Assembly: GCA_950097015.1 (NCBI GenBank)
Contig: CATNEN010000002.1
Span: 2,914,001 to 2,978,000, forward strand
Origin: Macrostomum hystrix
Taxonomy: Eukaryota > Animalia > Platyhelminthes
Reading direction: 5' to 3'
Length of the DNA stretch: 64,000 nucleotides
In this document: one piece after another, positions 59,867 through 64,000 of the stretch
How the letters are laid out: each line of letters opens with the position of its first letter
How positions within the stretch are numbered: the stretch's first letter is position 1
Translations under genes and position numbers: made by a program
The notes under the pieces: model-generated
What the model was told of the DNA's origin: nothing
What the model saw: only the letters and a program-made list of their open reading frames with translations
Databases searched by the model: none

Positions 59867-61480
59867 TTGAAATTGGAGGACCCACAGCAATCTCAGATAC
59901 CGAATCAGTCCATAGACCCTGATTCTCTAGTTGAGGACAATCCAAACGGCACAAACCCCTCCGTCTTGTCCACACCTCACAATAGAACTGTTACAGGCGC
60001 ATCAACTTCCGTCACTTTTGGAGACTTACCGTCATACAGAGATAGTACATTACAAGATCAGCAACAAGAGTCTGTCGGTGGTGACGACGACATATCTGAA
60101 GAATCAGAGACTTCAGACCAGACGACAGTTAAAATACTTTTCTGTACAAAACAACACGCTCTATTACGATGATGACAATGGAAACATGCGACTCGTTATA
60201 CCACACTGTTATCGAGATGCCTTGTTATCCTCGTGTCATACTTCGGCTTTTGGCGGCCATTTAGGTCTTCAAAAGACTCTGCAGAGACTGACACGCTTCT
60301 ACTACTGGCCCACTCTCTACAAAGACGTACAAACTTTCGTTAATGGGTGTACAATATGTCACCGCGCCAAATCTGGCCCACGACTGCACCCAGAAAGAAA
60401 AGCCGTCAAGTTCAATGAAGTCTTCTCACACCTGGCTATCGACATAGTTGGACCTGTACCTCCTGCAAGCCGTGATAGAGACATTTTCAAGTACATCCTG
60501 ACCGCTCAGTGTGGCGTCAGCAAGTTTCTCTTCACGATCCCACTATGCGATACTACGACAGCTACAATCTGCTCCAATCTATTTCGATATGTGTTTTCCG
60601 TTGCCGGACTACCAGCCCATATCATCTCAGACAATGGTCCGCAGTTCATATCACAAGATTATCGCGACTTCATGAACACGCTAGGCATACAACTCATCTA
60701 CACCTCATACTATCAGCCATCTAGCAACTTGTTGAAAGAGCACACAAAACGCTCAAACAAACACTGACAGCATTTGTGCACGACAAACCCGAACTCTGGC
60801 TTGAATACCTTCCATCAGTTACGTTGGCATTAAATACGGCCGTACATGCTCATATGGGTGAATCTCCCTTCTATCTATTCTATGCTCGCGATTTCCTGCC
60901 ACCTAATGCTAGAATCATAGAGCATCAAACTACGGCCTACATAGATGTGATCAAGCCCGTCAACATTACGAGTTCTGCCATTTTACTCGCACGTGATATC
61001 GCCATTCAACATCTACACTCAGCAGCTGATGCTCGTACTACACGACATAATGAGCAAATGTCTCAATCCACTCCGTTAAAAGTCGGCGCTCGCTGCTATC
61101 TAGATGTTTCCGCCACTAAGGCAACTAAATTCTCTAATCCCTACCGTGGTCCTATGAGAATACTCAAATGGCTATCACCGCAGAATGTGCTCATCAATGA
61201 TGTGAACAAGCCTCATGAACAACCTATCGTGGTACATGCTTCAAAACTCAAACCTTCGCCGAACGATACGCCTCCTGAAGCCATGATACCTGAGTTCACA
61301 CATTCAACGGCTCAAACACACACTAATCATCGAGCGAATCTTACTCGCTCAATTGCGTTGCAAACATCTCAGACGGACATCAAGCAGTCGGAGAAGGGTG
61401 CAGACCGTAATGCAACACCTACAAACAACTTGAAAGAAGAGCCTAGATACCAACTACGCTCAAGAGCCGTACCACGATGA
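59867..61480 (+). pseudogene. pol: Gypsy integrase (frameshifts near 60075 and 60740)
   Basis: CHTSAFGGHLG...RFYYWP...CTIC, LAIDIVGP, ISDNGPQF, YQPSSN/LVERAHKTL split by a frameshift, KFSNPYRGP, and terminal RYQLRSR. Confidence 0.93.
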
Positions 61481-62338
61481 GCAATAATTCGCGCTATGAA
61501 CTCGATAAGATCGACATTCTTTAAATTCGTGCATGTTACCTTCTACGTTACCCATATTTTTATTTTGTTATAATTTCTTTCCCTTCTTCACCCTTGATGT
61601 TTGATATAGAATACCATCATTCCTCCACACATCTAATATCTATCTTCCATAGTGCACATTATATGCCTTGATATCACTTTTGTCAATCCAAAACACAAAA
61701 AACTACAAAAAATACCACTTTTCAATACACATTATTTAGTTTCTCGCTTACCCTATTTCTTTTCATAATTATAGATAATTTTATATATTACCTAAACTCG
61801 ACATACGGCTTCACCTATATTTATTCGCTACCTTTATTACCTCCTCATACACATTTTACTCAGCTACGACTATTTCGAAGACAGACCTCTTCTCCTTACA
61901 CTTGTTCTAAACAATCTTTCCAACATCTTTTCTTTCTGTCCTTTATTCCACATTCGCCTCGTTGAGGCTCGACCGTGTGACTAATCTGATGACCTGGCGA
62001 TTGACTAACCTGATGACCTGGCGATTGGCTAACCCGATGACCTGGCGATTGGCTAACCTGATGACCCGAAGTCTCACCGAATACCGCTGAAGCCGACACC
62101 GTGGCCTACACTGACACGCTGTCATTCATCCAGCTATCGACTCCATCCCATACTGTCTTAGCGTTTACACAAACAGCGGCACTAGCGTCTCTCCCATCAA
62201 TCAAGTCTCTCTGCCCGACTCCTGCAATTGCGATCTCTCGTGTCCGACACGAAGCAGAACCAGAAGCCTCATTTCAACGTGGTGGCCCTGAGAAGGGCCG
62301 TTTTAACGTTCACAATGGGCTAACATCATACTGTGCAG

Positions 62339-62617
62339 TCAACAGATCGACCCCGCAGCGAAATCGGCACCGTCTAGAGCAACTGCCGGACTAGCCGACC
62401 GCTGCTCTGGATGATGGGTATTCCGCCGTGGATATCGACATCTGCAGCCACAGCAGATGCACACCCACACGACCAGACTGACTAAGATGAAGGCGCCTAA
62501 CAGCGCCCACAGGCTAATCAGCTGCCACTCGACGATCTGCAGTCGCTTGTCGAGACGCTCGACCTGAACACCGAGGTCTGTTAAAAGCCAGCGCAGATTT
62601 GAAATTTGGTCTTGCAT
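62339..62617 (-). CDS. Antisense 92-aa ORF: heptad-like N-terminus, hydrophobic TM segment, Cys cluster, basic tail
   Basis: ATG start; ISNLRWLLTDLGVQVERLDKRLQIVE, then LISLWALLGAFILVSLVVWV, then CICCGCRCRYPRR. Confidence 0.5.
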   Translation of the reverse strand: MQDQISNLRWLLTDLGVQVERLDKRLQIVEWQLISLWALLGAFILVSLVVWVCICCGCRCRYPRRNTHHPEQRSASPAVALDGADFAAGSIC

Positions 62618-63178
62618 TGCAAGTTGAGAAACAGTTTAACTTTTAGAAACTCGCTAGAAGTCAAATGTTGCACGCATAGAGCCCCACGTTTTTCTGTCCC
62701 TTTATATCACTTTTCGTCGCTTTAATCCAAACCTCTCCTTTCCTTTACTTTCTAACTCAATAAACTTAACTGGACATGTACATTACTCGCGCACATAGTC
62801 TATGGCACTTCTCTGCGCTACCCCACTCCCTTTGTGCACCCTCCTTGACCCTGTCTAAGGTCTTGTATATGCCACTTGTTTTGACACTCCTAATCGATCG
62901 CGTTTTTCTATCATATTATTATACCAACTATGCATATAATCTTTTGATGTCACCTTACATTTAATGCTCCTTACAAATACTGCAATGCTATGCTACGTTT
63001 TAAATTTTACGGAACGACCTTTATCTATAAGCGTTTTGTCATTTTCCTATCTTTTGAAACCTGTTTCGAATGCATGCTATATCATTTTTTCTCCTACCCT
63101 ACACTATTTTACCCAATGATTATCAACATTTTGTTTCTTCGAGCTCGGAGGACCTTCGCTTCTGTAAAAAAGGGCCAA

Positions 63179-63890
63179 TGAAATGTTACAATTTAACCCA
63201 TGCGATTCACACCTATATGCGCTGATAAAAAACCAAAAATATCCTGTTTTCCCATTATGCGAAAATGCGTATGCAAGAGCTCCAGGATTCGCTCAAAGTC
63301 TCCTGTCGAATGACCGCCTTTGGTCAAGCACTATAAAAGTTCTTGCACTGAGAGAAAAGTGTTTCCCCAACCCTTAACCCTTACCCTTTTCCTCCCTGAA
63401 ATCATCTTACTCAAGCCAGCCGCAGTTAATATAATCCACTCACTTACTTAGCTAGCCATTGCTATCCCTGGCCAGCTACAAAGCTTAGACTACACCTTAG
63501 ACAAAGCTAAACTTATTTCATTAAGTTAGAATTCCTTGAATTCCTACCTGACCTTTAATTTGAAACCATACCCCCTCCGATTGTGATCTAACAAGAGGAT
63601 CCGTGAGTAACCACTAACAACTCGTGTTTGGGAAACACCTCTCAGTTAATTTTATAGAAAGTTTCATCATTGTGATTGCTTATTCTAAGACCATTTAAAT
63701 ATAATCCGATCGAGAGTATAATATCTAAAGTGTGTGCAACATCAGGAAAAGATAGTCGATTTCCCACGCCTCCTTATTTCTTAGAAATAGCCTTTCGTAA
63801 TGGGCTATTGTCGGAAACAACAATCGAATATAACAAGAATATTTATTAAGCTAGACATAGATAGATTAGAGACGAAACTAAAATATTTCA
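63179..63890 (+). repeat. Second LTR, followed by another PBS (63892-63905) and internal sequence
   Basis: 63891-64000 matches 57391-57500. Confidence 0.93.
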
Positions 63891-64000
63891 CTGGTTCCCT
63901 GACCGTCTTTTCCTCCATGCACTCACTTTATTTCTACACCATGACTAAATTCATTATTGCTTAAGGCATGGCTGAGGGGCGTGGGGGGAGTAATCTGGCA

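Larger units (their letters stand above)
56679..63890 (+). mobile_element. Non-autonomous Gypsy-like LTR element (integrase only; no recognisable gag/PR/RT/RH)
   Basis: Two 712-bp TGAAA...TTTCA LTRs exactly 6500 bp apart, a PBS, a purine-rich tract AAAAAAGGGCCAA before the second LTR, and an integrase. Confidence 0.9.

Overview
This is intron-containing, transposon-dense animal DNA. An invertebrate origin is inferred from the element content; the species cannot be determined. I found no rRNA genes, tRNA genes or CRISPR arrays. (1) 1-35.9 kb is a nest of mostly defective elements. It holds two minus-strand copies of a Gypsy family with a conserved extra non-env ORF after pol, and two Merlin/ISXO2-type transposase relics. 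One Merlin copy is split by a 13.3-kb BEL/Pao element (LTRs 11372-11730 and 24290-24647, TSD GCAGG). That BEL element is itself split by a 7.5-kb CMC/EnSpm element (21-bp TIRs, TSD CC) carrying a transposase, a BEN-domain gene and a B-box-like ORF. A second EnSpm-like transposase and two solo LTRs are also present. (2) 36.5-55.8 kb is the most unusual part. The ORF track shows only fragments here, but they splice by hand into a 9-exon, ~1227-aa minus-strand gene (45550-38818; all introns GT-AG and phase-consistent). The gene encodes C2H2 fingers, a tyrosine recombinase with R/K/R/H/Y catalytic positions present, and a C-terminal PWWP domain. Facing away from it are a truncated zinc-finger paralog and an intronless 876-aa paralog. 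The intronless paralog keeps the fingers, core-binding domain and PWWP, lacks the catalytic domain, and lies between two oppositely oriented arrays of a 124/126-bp repeat. (3) 56.7-64 kb is a non-autonomous Gypsy-like unit with near-identical LTRs, a tRNA-Glu PBS after both LTRs (tandem units) and a small antisense ORF encoding a TM/Cys-cluster protein. All assignments come from manual motif reading, not database searches.
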